NCBI RefSeq assembly: GCF_947495285.1 | Contig: NZ_CANLXZ010000013.1 | Location: forward strand, 29,741-93,740 | Length of the DNA: 64,000 nucleotides | Source: an uncultured Nonlabens sp. | GTDB taxonomy: Bacteria > Bacteroidota > Bacteroidia > Flavobacteriales > Flavobacteriaceae | Direction of reading: 5' to 3' | Shown here: positions 50,364 through 58,939 of the stretch, in pieces | Layout of the letters: the number at the start of each line of letters is the position of its first letter | How positions within the stretch are numbered: position 1 is the stretch's first letter | Program-made: the position numbers and the translations under genes | Notes under the pieces: generated by a model | Told to the model about the DNA's origin: nothing | Database searches by the model: none | What the model saw: the letters and a program-made list of their open reading frames with translations, nothing else

Positions 50364-51140
50364 CTATGCTTTAATTTGAAAATTTAATTTAATGAAAGAA
50401 CCATGTTCATTCTTATAAACACTTCCATATCCCATTTTTGAGCCTGAAGGGTTGTCAAGTCTTGCAGAGTTTTTTAAATATTGTTTGAACTTATTAAAGT
50501 CTATTAAATGATAACAAAGCATTTCTGCATTTGGTTTAATAATAATAATACCTCCGACTATATCATATTTGCCAGACCATACTGCTTTTGAGGTCATTCC
50601 TAAAGCAGCTTCAACTAAAAAATTCACTAATCTATATTCGTAAAACTTATGACCTTGAGAAAGGTTATAATTCATAGGGTTATCTTCTCTAATTTTTTTA
50701 ATTACATCATTTATCTTAACTATACTGCTAATATACTTGTCTTTGACTATATGAGCTATTATCTCAGGTAAATCACTATCAATTACTTGAAGATTTAACT
50801 TAAAAGTATCGTCATCAAAAGAGTCAAAATTAACTTGGTAACCTAGTTCTGTTAATTTTGAAATTCGTTTTATATACTTATGGCCTTTCGTAATTGAGTT
50901 TACCTCAATTAAATCATCATCAGAAATAGGTTTACCATTATCATCAACTATTTTAAATGTAATGTTTGTTGTTTCGTTAAGTTTTAAAATTTTTGGATTA
51001 TTATCCAAAAAAGATTTTATACTTACTTCTTTTGAAATTATATGACCATCAGTTTTGTCATATTTCCTTATATGTGAGTAATTCTCATTTAAAGAGCGTT
51101 TGATGAAATATCCAGAATGTATATTATCAATTATATTCAT
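50364..51140 (-). CDS. HpaII-family restriction endonuclease-like protein, short N-terminus
   Basis: SIKS..., LQVIDSDLPEI, NPMNYNLS..H.FYEY, ALGM...W.G.YD..GG and CYH...KLNFQI match R.HpaII motifs as I recall them; about 100 N-terminal aa are missing. Confidence 0.78.
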   Translation of the reverse strand: MNIIDNIHSGYFIKRSLNENYSHIRKYDKTDGHIISKEVSIKSFLDNNPKILKLNETTNITFKIVDDNGKPISDDDLIEVNSITKGHKYIKRISKLTELGYQVNFDSFDDDTFKLNLQVIDSDLPEIIAHIVKDKYISSIVKINDVIKKIREDNPMNYNLSQGHKFYEYRLVNFLVEAALGMTSKAVWSGKYDIVGGIIIIKPNAEMLCYHLIDFNKFKQYLKNSARLDNPSGSKMGYGSVYKNEHGSFIKLNFQIKA

Positions 51141-51888
51141 TGTTTTTAAATTTGGAATAGTGGTCTTTTAAAAATTCTAAATTTGGAAGAAATTTTTCTG
51201 GAAGTTTAATCTTTTTATTTTTGTATTGAGTGAAATAGAAATCATTCTCTCCTTTTTCATAATCCAAAAGGTATTTAGAAACGGTGATTTTGTAATTCGT
51301 ATCAATACTTATTAATCCTTTATCAAAAGCCTTATCGTGAAGATTATTTAAGCAAAGACCATTTCTAGGGTTTGTTCTTTCAACGTTTTCACTCCAGGGA
51401 ATTATATGACTTGCAATTAGAAGCTCTGGAATTTTGATTCCAGTAATACAGCAAGTCAAATTATATGCCGATAAGACTGAACTTCTAAAAAAAGATTGAT
51501 TGACCCTTGTTTTCACTAATTTTAGTTTGTCTTTCCCAGTTGGAAAATTTTCTACTATAACTTCGTCTTCAATATTTTTACCTTGAAATTTAGATATAAT
51601 CTTTTCACTTTCGAAAGCTAAATCATCCCAATTTCCGTGAAATTCATTCCAAATAATTTCTTCTAACTGACTTCCGTTTACTAAACCTGTTATTCCTTTT
51701 TTCTTAAGTTCTGGGTCTAATCTACCTAAATTTCCAATCTTCATATTTAAGGCAGAAGGTGAACGCCCAATAATATTTGCATATTTAATTATAGTAGGAT
51801 TTGTTTTACTGCTATTTTTAAATGGTATTTTGCAATAAACGTTGAATGCAACTATAGTTTCTTCTCTTGACCAGTTTTTTCTTGACAT
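51127..51888 (-). CDS. HNH endonuclease (HNH_2, putative restriction endonuclease type)
   Basis: RVNQSFFRSSVLSAY..TCCITG, ASHIIPWS and NGLCLNNLHDKAFD motifs. Confidence 0.9.
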   Translation of the reverse strand: MSRKNWSREETIVAFNVYCKIPFKNSSKTNPTIIKYANIIGRSPSALNMKIGNLGRLDPELKKKGITGLVNGSQLEEIIWNEFHGNWDDLAFESEKIISKFQGKNIEDEVIVENFPTGKDKLKLVKTRVNQSFFRSSVLSAYNLTCCITGIKIPELLIASHIIPWSENVERTNPRNGLCLNNLHDKAFDKGLISIDTNYKITVSKYLLDYEKGENDFYFTQYKNKKIKLPEKFLPNLEFLKDHYSKFKNNEYN

Positions 51889-51890
51889 TC

Positions 51891-52772
51891 TTAAGATGCG
51901 TTAGTGATAGAAGTGGAAAGCCCACAGCGAGGCACGAGCGAGGACTTGAAACGGATAGCCCGACCCTTTAGGGTAACGCCCAAATCTTTTCGGAAACCAA
52001 CAATGAAAATCCGTTCACGATTTTGGGGAACGCCAAACTCTTTTGCATTTAGGATTTTAGGCTCAGGAATATAATAACCAAGATCTTCTCGAAGTACATT
52101 AAGTATGGTTTTTAAAGTTTTTCCTTTGTCATGATTTCTTAATCCCTTTACATTTTCTAGAAATACGGCTTTTGGTTTTTTATTTTTTATAATTTCAGCT
52201 ACATCGAAAAATAGTGTTCCGCGAGTATCTTCAAATCCTCCTCGTCTACCAGCAATGGAAAATGCTTGACAAGGAAAACCTGCACATAATACATCAAAAT
52301 CATCTGGAATGTAACTTTTTGTTTTAGCTTTAGTGATGTCACCAAATGGTATTTCTCCAAAGTTGACACGATACGTTTGTTTAGAGTATTTATCCCATTC
52401 ACTTGTAAATACACATTTACCTTGTAAATTTTGAAATGCTAATCTAAAACCACCAATACCAGCAAAAAGATCTATGAATTTAAATTTAGGCTTTATTGGA
52501 GCTGGAAAAGGAAGTGTCTTATCTGAATCGAAAATTAAATATTGAAGAGCCTCTTCGGCAACTTTGTTAGTTATTTTATTGGCTGGATATTCTTTAGATA
52601 ATTTTTCTTTAACAAATTCTACTGCGTCTCTTTTATAGAATTTAGACACGCCGTTTTTATGATTATGAATATAATGAGTAAAAGAAGCTGGTTTGGAATT
52701 TCCTTCTTCAATAATATTTACTTCAAAAAGCTGACCATCAATATTTTCTATATGTATACTTTCTTTTGACAT
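51891..52772 (-). pseudogene. C-terminally truncated C5-cytosine DNA methyltransferase (M.HpaII-like)
   Basis: Motifs I (FAGIGG), IV (GFPCQ), VI (ENV) and VIII (QNRERIF) are present. The TRD and motifs IX-X are absent and replaced by read-through of a GC-rich element. Confidence 0.88.
51898..51979. mobile_element. 82-bp GC-rich MITE/REP-like element at the methyltransferase breakpoint
   Basis: Terminal inverted repeats GCGTTA (51898-51903) / TAACGC (51974-51979); 46/82 = 56% GC in an AT-rich island; internal repeats GCGAGG x2 and AAAGCCC/ATAGCCC. Confidence 0.6.
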
Positions 52773-53130
52773 TTGTCTATCTGATTCTGTAAAGCAAGTT
52801 AAATAAGTTGTTTTTATAGAAGTACGTTTTTGATTTTTAATTGTTCACATTTTTAATTATATATTGAATGATGGTATATGTTTTTAACTAATTCGAGAAA
52901 GTAATATTATTCTAATGCATTTCAATTCATTCAATACCAAATGATTTCTAAGAACTATTACGATTAGTGAGATGTGAAATCTTGTATTACTATTGTAGTT
53001 TTATAACTTTTATTTGTCTATTCTGTTGAAATAACCTTGGATGATCATCTTAACTACGGAAGCACTGATGGAGATGAGATGTATAAAATTGAATTATGTA
53101 TTTAATACAGTGATTAAATATTATTTCTAT

Positions 53131-53394
53131 TTAAAGGTAACTTTCATCTGAAGAGTTTTCACCTATTTGCTTAGTGATAATTTCAATAGCCTCTTGTTTT
53201 CCTAAAATATTTCCAAACTCCAACAAGGAATCTGTATCACGATAAACACCGTTTCTATCATTCCATGATAACCAATCTATCAAGTCTAATCGTGTCCATA
53301 AATTTAATTCAGTTTTAAGCTCATTCTTATTGAGCTCCATTATTTTATAATTAGGATCTCTAAACTTTTGTTCTTCTTGAAACGTTGGATACAT
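53131..53394 (-). CDS. Small hypothetical protein (87 aa)
   Basis: Protein-like WTRLDLIDWLSWNDRNGVYRD core; ATG at 53394 is more plausible than the AT-rich track start at 53454. Confidence 0.55.
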   Translation of the reverse strand: MYPTFQEEQKFRDPNYKIMELNKNELKTELNLWTRLDLIDWLSWNDRNGVYRDTDSLLEFGNILGKQEAIEIITKQIGENSSDESYL

Positions 53395-53570
53395 AGTTAT
53401 GCGTTTTATTTTAATTAAAGATAATTGATTTGTGATTAAAAATCTAATAATCAATTATTTAAATTAAATGAAGTTTGAATATAAGATTAGATGAAAAACA
53501 GTTTACCTTTCTTTTAAAAATACGCAAATCAGAAATGTCATAATCAGACTTAAGCTTTCTAAAAGTTTTT

Positions 53571-54335
53571 TTACAACCCCTTATTCTGTGCAATACGAAC
53601 CTTCTTAAACAGGTTAGAGCTATATACAAAGTCGGTTACGGTTTCATTATCGGTTTTAAAGATCTCTTGGTTCGTTCCTTTCCAGGCCAGTTTACCATCT
53701 TTTAAGAAGACTATGGTTTCACCTATTTCCATTACAGAGTTCATATCATGCGATATGATTACTGTGGTGATATCGCGCTCGTGTGTGATTTCTTGAATTA
53801 AGTTATCGATTACCGTTGCCGTTTTAGGATCGAGTCCAGAATTTGGCTCATCACAAAATAAAAATCTAGGGTTGTTTACTACCGCTCTCGCTAGTGCCAC
53901 ACGTTTTTGCTGTCCGCCAGATATCTCACTAGGCATTTTTTTATTAAGACCTACTAGATTAACACGTTCTAAAATCTCGTTTGCGTTTTCCTGTCGCTCT
54001 TTTAAACGCATTTTTGTAAACATGCGTAAAGGGAACATTACATTTTCTTCTACAGTAAGCGAGTCGAATAAAGCACTGTGCTGGAAAAGCATCCCCATTT
54101 CTTTACGCAAATTACTCTTGCGTTCTATTTCCATTTCATTAAGAGGCTCACCGTCATAAATAATCTCACCACTATTAGGAACAAATAGCCCCAACATATT
54201 TTTAAGAAAAACAGATTTACCAGATCCACTGGCGCCTATAATCATATTAGTTTTTCCTTTTTCAAATGTTGCGGTAATTCCCTTTAGAATTTCTTCATCG
54301 CCAAAACTCTTGCGCAAATCGTTTACTTGTATCAT
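53571..54335 (-). CDS. mlaF: ABC ATPase of the Mla/Mkl phospholipid transport system
   Basis: GASGSGKS, ISGGQQKR and CDEPNSGLDP motifs; the ATG overlaps the mlaE stop (TAATG). Confidence 0.92.
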   Translation of the reverse strand: MIQVNDLRKSFGDEEILKGITATFEKGKTNMIIGASGSGKSVFLKNMLGLFVPNSGEIIYDGEPLNEMEIERKSNLRKEMGMLFQHSALFDSLTVEENVMFPLRMFTKMRLKERQENANEILERVNLVGLNKKMPSEISGGQQKRVALARAVVNNPRFLFCDEPNSGLDPKTATVIDNLIQEITHERDITTVIISHDMNSVMEIGETIVFLKDGKLAWKGTNQEIFKTDNETVTDFVYSSNLFKKVRIAQNKGL

Positions 54336-55072
54336 TAGCTTAAAAGTAATTGAGTTAGAATATAATTTGCTATAATGATGGCGACACAAGTCCAGACAAA
54401 GCTGGTCGTGCTCGCTTTACCTACTTCTAGGGCACCACCTTCCATATAATAACCATGGTAACTGGGTATAGTGGCCAGCATTAAACCGAAGACCATGGTT
54501 TTTATAAAAGCATAAGCTACATGCCATGGTATAAAACTATCTTGTAATCCTATAATAAAATCTTCAGAGCTAGCAAGACCGCCATAGACAGACGCTAGAT
54601 AACCACCAGCTATTCCTACGAACATGATAATAGCAATCAAGAACGGATAGAAAAGCAGGGCTATGATTTTAGGGAAAATCAAGTAATTTAAAGGGTTGAT
54701 ACCCATAACTTCTAGTGCATCTATTTGCTCAGTAACACGCATAGAACCTATACTAGAGGTAATATAAGAGCCTACCTTACCGGCCATAATAACCGATATA
54801 AATGTAGGGGCAAATTCTAGAATTATAGATTGCTTTGTAGCAAAACCTATTAATGATTTAGGAATCAATGGGTTATCTAGATTAAGCGCAGTCTGTAAGG
54901 CAACAACGGCACCCATAAATAGAGAGATAAATGCGGTGATGCCTAGAGAACCAATAATAAGGTCGTCTATTTCTTTAAGGATTAACTCCTTTAGAACTAT
55001 TGCTTTAGTCGGTCGTTTAAAAACGCCGTACAACATGATCATATAACGTCCTATGTGTTTTAAAAATTTCAT
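54335..55072 (-). CDS. mlaE: MlaE family ABC permease
   Basis: LEFAP, AGKVGS and MRVTEQIDALEVMG motifs; start set at ATG 55072. Confidence 0.93.
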   Translation of the reverse strand: MKFLKHIGRYMIMLYGVFKRPTKAIVLKELILKEIDDLIIGSLGITAFISLFMGAVVALQTALNLDNPLIPKSLIGFATKQSIILEFAPTFISVIMAGKVGSYITSSIGSMRVTEQIDALEVMGINPLNYLIFPKIIALLFYPFLIAIIMFVGIAGGYLASVYGGLASSEDFIIGLQDSFIPWHVAYAFIKTMVFGLMLATIPSYHGYYMEGGALEVGKASTTSFVWTCVAIIIANYILTQLLLS

Positions 55073-55168
55073 CGTGGTAAAAATAGATAAAAATAATTCC
55101 ACATAATTTAATGCTTTATTAAACTTGTTCATTTTTTCATAGTTTACTTTTGTGAAAAATATTTTTCT

Positions 55169-56848
55169 ATGAAGAATTTACTTTCTCTGATACTTCTTTT
55201 TGTCTTGTTGACTTCTTGTAGCACGCTTTCGCCAAAGCGAGACTACCATCCATCTACGTCCTCCATGACAGAATCGAGTGCGCCAGAAAAAGCTCCTAAA
55301 CTAGTAGTAGGTATAGTAGTAGATCAAATGAGGTATGATTATTTATCTAGATTTTATGACCGCTATACAGATGGTGGGTTTAAAAGACTTATGAATGAGG
55401 GTTTTAACCTGACTAATAATCATTATAATTATGTACCTACTTATACTGCGCCAGGACATGCGTCTATTTATACAGGTACATCACCTATGAATCATGGAAT
55501 TATAGGTAACAACTGGTACGATAAATTTGAGGGTAAGGTTATTTATAACGCAAGTGATGACCAGGTGAGTGGTGTAGGTTCTTTAAGTAACGACGGTAAA
55601 ATGTCACCACGTAGAATGTTAACCACTACAGTGACAGATCAACTAGAATTGCACACTCAAGGTAAAGCAAAGGTGATAGGAATTTCTGTAAAAGATAGAG
55701 GTGCTATTTTACCAGCAGGGCACGCCGCAGATGCTGCTTACTGGTTTGAAGGTGGTGATAAAGGAAGTTTTATTTCTAGCACATTTTATCTAGAACGATT
55801 ACCTAAATGGGCGGCAGATTTTAACGCCTCTAGAAAAGCAGACGATTATCTTAAAACCTGGAATACCCTTTACCCATTAGAAACCTATACAGCTAGTGGT
55901 ACAGATCTTAATAAATTTGAAAAAGCACCTAAAGGTAAGACTAACGCTGTTTTTCCTTATGATTTAAATTATTTGAGAGAAAAAAATGATAATTACAGCC
56001 TTATCAAAGCGACTCCATATGGTAATAGCATAGTCGCAGATTTTGCTATCGCAGCAATAAAAGCAGAAAATATGGGGCAGGATGAGGTGACTGATTTTCT
56101 TGCGGTGAGTTTTTCTAGCACCGATTATATAGGACATCAATACGGTGTAAACTCGGTAGAGATAGAAGATACCTATTTGAGACTGGATAAAGATTTAGAG
56201 CGTCTTTTCATGACTCTCGATAAAGAAGTAGGTAATGGGAATTATACTATTTTCTTAACCGCAGATCATGGTGCGATTAATAACCCAGTTTACCTCCAGA
56301 CTAGAAGAATAAACGCAGGTTACTTTAATAGATCTGACTTTAAGAATAATCTATATAAAGCTATACAGGATAAGTATGGTGTAAATGATTTAGTTTCTAA
56401 CATTTCTAACGACCAGATATTCTTTAATAAAGCAAACCTGATTAAAAATAATATCAATCCTATCGATCTAGAGAACTTTATAGCAATGACTATAGTAGAT
56501 TATAAACATATCGATAAGGTATTTACTAGAAATGCGTTAGTATCTGGTACTATGCAAGATGGCACAGGAAAGTTGATTCAAAATGGTTTTCATCACAAGC
56601 GTAGTGGTGATGTGATCTATGTTCTAGAACCAGCTGTTATTTCTTACTCTAAAACGGGCTCTACGCACGGTAGTTCTCAAAGTTATGATACTCATGTACC
56701 ATTATTGTTTTATGGTAATGGAATTAATAAAGGATCTAGCAGTAAGCGCACAGAGATCATAGATATAGCACCGACTGTATCGAGTCTTTTAAAAATAGGG
56801 TTTCCTAATGGATCTACTGGTAATCCTATAAGCGATGCTTTAAAATAA
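55169..56848 (+). CDS. pafA: PafA-type alkaline phosphatase, lipoprotein
   Basis: Lipobox LTSC; VDQMRYDYL, TYTAPGH, KDRGAILPAGH, TDYIGH and TADHG motifs. Confidence 0.92.
   Translation: MKNLLSLILLFVLLTSCSTLSPKRDYHPSTSSMTESSAPEKAPKLVVGIVVDQMRYDYLSRFYDRYTDGGFKRLMNEGFNLTNNHYNYVPTYTAPGHASIYTGTSPMNHGIIGNNWYDKFEGKVIYNASDDQVSGVGSLSNDGKMSPRRMLTTTVTDQLELHTQGKAKVIGISVKDRGAILPAGHAADAAYWFEGGDKGSFISSTFYLERLPKWAADFNASRKADDYLKTWNTLYPLETYTASGTDLNKFEKAPKGKTNAVFPYDLNYLREKNDNYSLIKATPYGNSIVADFAIAAIKAENMGQDEVTDFLAVSFSSTDYIGHQYGVNSVEIEDTYLRLDKDLERLFMTLDKEVGNGNYTIFLTADHGAINNPVYLQTRRINAGYFNRSDFKNNLYKAIQDKYGVNDLVSNISNDQIFFNKANLIKNNINPIDLENFIAMTIVDYKHIDKVFTRNALVSGTMQDGTGKLIQNGFHHKRSGDVIYVLEPAVISYSKTGSTHGSSQSYDTHVPLLFYGNGINKGSSSKRTEIIDIAPTVSSLLKIGFPNGSTGNPISDALK
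55224..55239. repeat. Palindrome variant CGCTTTCGCCAAAGCG (1 mismatch) in pafA (LSPKR)
   Basis: Read directly; lies just after the lipobox Cys. Confidence 0.85.
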
Positions 56849-56874
56849 TAAGTTCTTTTAAAATTGTATAATCT

Positions 56875-56882
56875 TATATTTG
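56875..56882 (+). promoter_or_regulatory. -7 element TATATTTG
   Basis: Exact TAnnTTTG upstream of 56908. Confidence 0.6.
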
Positions 56883-56907
56883 CGATCGCAAAATTAAAAC
56901 TTATCCC

Positions 56908-57399
56908 ATGAAAAAATTATTACTTATCGCGGCTCTTATAGCTGGTGTAACTCTTAATGCCCAAGTATTTGCAGGTAAAGGAGATCAAAAAGTACAAATA
57001 GGTGCAGATTTTCAAAGTAACGCATCTGGTATACAATGGACTTATGATTATGGTCTTGCAGAGAATTTTTCTATGGGTATAGGAGCTAACTATGCACTGG
57101 GTCTAGAAGATAGTATAGACGCAAGCTTTGATGAAAGAGCAACCATAAAATTACGTTTTAATGCAAACATAGGTAACGTGATCAACATAGATCCTATGTT
57201 TGATTTTTATCCAGGTCTTGCTTTTAGTACAAAAAACTTTGGTGGTCATGTAGGTGCTAGATATTTCTTTACAGACGGTTTTGGTCTCTATACAGAGGCT
57301 GCTTTTCCACTAGCAAAATATAAATCTGGAAACCTAACAGTCCAGGAAGAGCTTTATAATCAGTTCAACGTGAGTGTAGGACTTGCTTTTAATTTCTAA
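56908..57399 (+). CDS. Small outer-membrane beta-barrel protein (DUF6646-like)
   Basis: Signal peptide, about 8 amphipathic strands and C-terminal Phe. Confidence 0.7.
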   Translation: MKKLLLIAALIAGVTLNAQVFAGKGDQKVQIGADFQSNASGIQWTYDYGLAENFSMGIGANYALGLEDSIDASFDERATIKLRFNANIGNVINIDPMFDFYPGLAFSTKNFGGHVGARYFFTDGFGLYTEAAFPLAKYKSGNLTVQEELYNQFNVSVGLAFNF

Positions 57400-58247
57400 A
57401 ACCCTAGTTTAGACTTTATACCGTTCCAGCGGTAATTTCTTATAAAACGACCTTGCTCTTCTGTTACCAGTGGAGTAAGGTTCTTTTTTTGTGCCAGTCG
57501 GTACCCTTTTAAATAATCGGTAATAAGTGAGAATTGCTTTTTATTCCATGCCATTTTTATGGCTGTAATAAAAGTGAGTGTCCTGCCATAATTCATTTTG
57601 TAAAAAGCCTCTCCTTGTAGGTATTTAGATCTAGAATTATATGCCGCTCCAGTAGGTTTTAAATGTTTTACATGCAAACCGGTAATAGTAAAGACTTGCC
57701 ATCCATAAAACCGCGCCAGCATCTCATCGATCGTATCCCAACCTATACTGGCCTTGAGACCACCTATTTGTTGAAAACACTCTGTTCTGTACGCTTTTAA
57801 AGCACCTCTTATGTGATCAGGATTATTTAGACTTTCTACTTGCCATGTTCCACCTTTATCGATAGTACAATGTCCTGCTGTCATTCCTATTGTTTCGCTT
57901 TCGCGAAAGCGAGTCACCACATCTTTTAAATAGTTTTCAGGAAAAATTAAGTCCGAATCGTATTTACAGACTATGTCATAATCTTCTATATCTATTTGAG
58001 ATAACCCATAATTAAAGGCATGAATCACTTTAGAGCCTGGTATATTTTGCGCACTGGAAGAGGTTTTTACCACATGAATAGGTAGCACAGTAGCATAGGA
58101 GCAAGCTATGTCATAAGTAGCGTCTGTAGAGTTATCATCTACCACCACTATTTGTGCTGCCTTATAAGTTTGCTGTGCTAGACTGTCTAAGGTTAATTTA
58201 ATGAATTGTTCTTCATTATGTGCAGGTATGATAATGACTATTTTCAA
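57396..58247 (-). CDS. Glycosyltransferase family 2
   Basis: IIIPAHNEE, VDDNSTD, DSD and GWDTID motifs. Confidence 0.9.
   Translation of the reverse strand: MKIVIIIPAHNEEQFIKLTLDSLAQQTYKAAQIVVVDDNSTDATYDIACSYATVLPIHVVKTSSSAQNIPGSKVIHAFNYGLSQIDIEDYDIVCKYDSDLIFPENYLKDVVTRFRESETIGMTAGHCTIDKGGTWQVESLNNPDHIRGALKAYRTECFQQIGGLKASIGWDTIDEMLARFYGWQVFTITGLHVKHLKPTGAAYNSRSKYLQGEAFYKMNYGRTLTFITAIKMAWNKKQFSLITDYLKGYRLAQKKNLTPLVTEEQGRFIRNYRWNGIKSKLGF
57896..57911. repeat. 16-bp palindrome, exact, inside the GT2 gene (RFRES)
   Basis: Read directly. Confidence 0.97.
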
Positions 58248-58250
58248 CGG

Positions 58251-58781
58251 CTATGAAGGATTTACTTTTTCACAATAGACTAAATAATAGCGGTCTGTAA
58301 ATTTTCTTAGTAAGGGACGTATTCCTATTTTTTTAACAGGATTTGTAAATTTCATGCGGTCCACTACTTTCCAGCCTGCTTTTTCTAGAACGTAATCCAG
58401 TTGCCAGGGCTCAAATTCATGATAGTGTTGATCTCTAATGTCGTTTTTATTACGGTAAGCGCTAGAAAACCATAGTTTTAAAGGTACACTTATCACGGCT
58501 TTATTACTTTTAATTGCTTTTAAAGAAGTATAAGGACTTACTAGGTGTTCAAAAATTTCAAAGGCAGTAACGACATCGCCATTAAAATCATTAATTTCAC
58601 TTACATCGTCATCTAGGTCCAGTCCCGTAGTGTTTTGTACTTCATAACCAGCATCTTTCATAATCATAGAAAACGGATTTTCAACACCTAAATCTAGAAT
58701 GGTATCTGTTTTAGGGATGTGTTTTTCTAGAAACTCTAGAGTTAATCTAAATCTTTTATGAGGAAAACTGTTCTCGTACAA
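58251..58781 (-). CDS. Class I SAM-dependent methyltransferase-like protein
   Basis: ILDLG and FEIFEHL motifs; TTG start. Confidence 0.8.
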   Translation of the reverse strand: MYENSFPHKRFRLTLEFLEKHIPKTDTILDLGVENPFSMIMKDAGYEVQNTTGLDLDDDVSEINDFNGDVVTAFEIFEHLVSPYTSLKAIKSNKAVISVPLKLWFSSAYRNKNDIRDQHYHEFEPWQLDYVLEKAGWKVVDRMKFTNPVKKIGIRPLLRKFTDRYYLVYCEKVNPS

Positions 58782-58939
58782 TGTCGTTTAATTTAAGTTA
58801 CGAAAATAGAGATTTATACTCGTAGAGTAAGATCAGTTTCTTAAAACTTTATGCGGTAGCGATAGTCTTATCGTTAATGAAGGTTAAGCATGACTCGCTA
58901 GGAGTTAATTGCGGTACATCTTTTGTATTTTTCGCCCTT

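Noticed and set aside
51898-51979. The 82-bp element as an integron attC site
   Set aside because: attC runs AAC first and GTT last, the opposite order to this element; the 7-bp consensus matches are poor and no integrase is in the window.
51891-52772. The local C5-methyltransferase as the factor acting on the palindrome
   Set aside because: It is HpaII-like (expected target CCGG, absent from the core), truncated, and located in foreign DNA that lacks the motif.
56879-56892. HIP1 octamer GCGATCGC within TTTGCGATCGCAAA
   Set aside because: I noticed only this one copy, which is compatible with chance.
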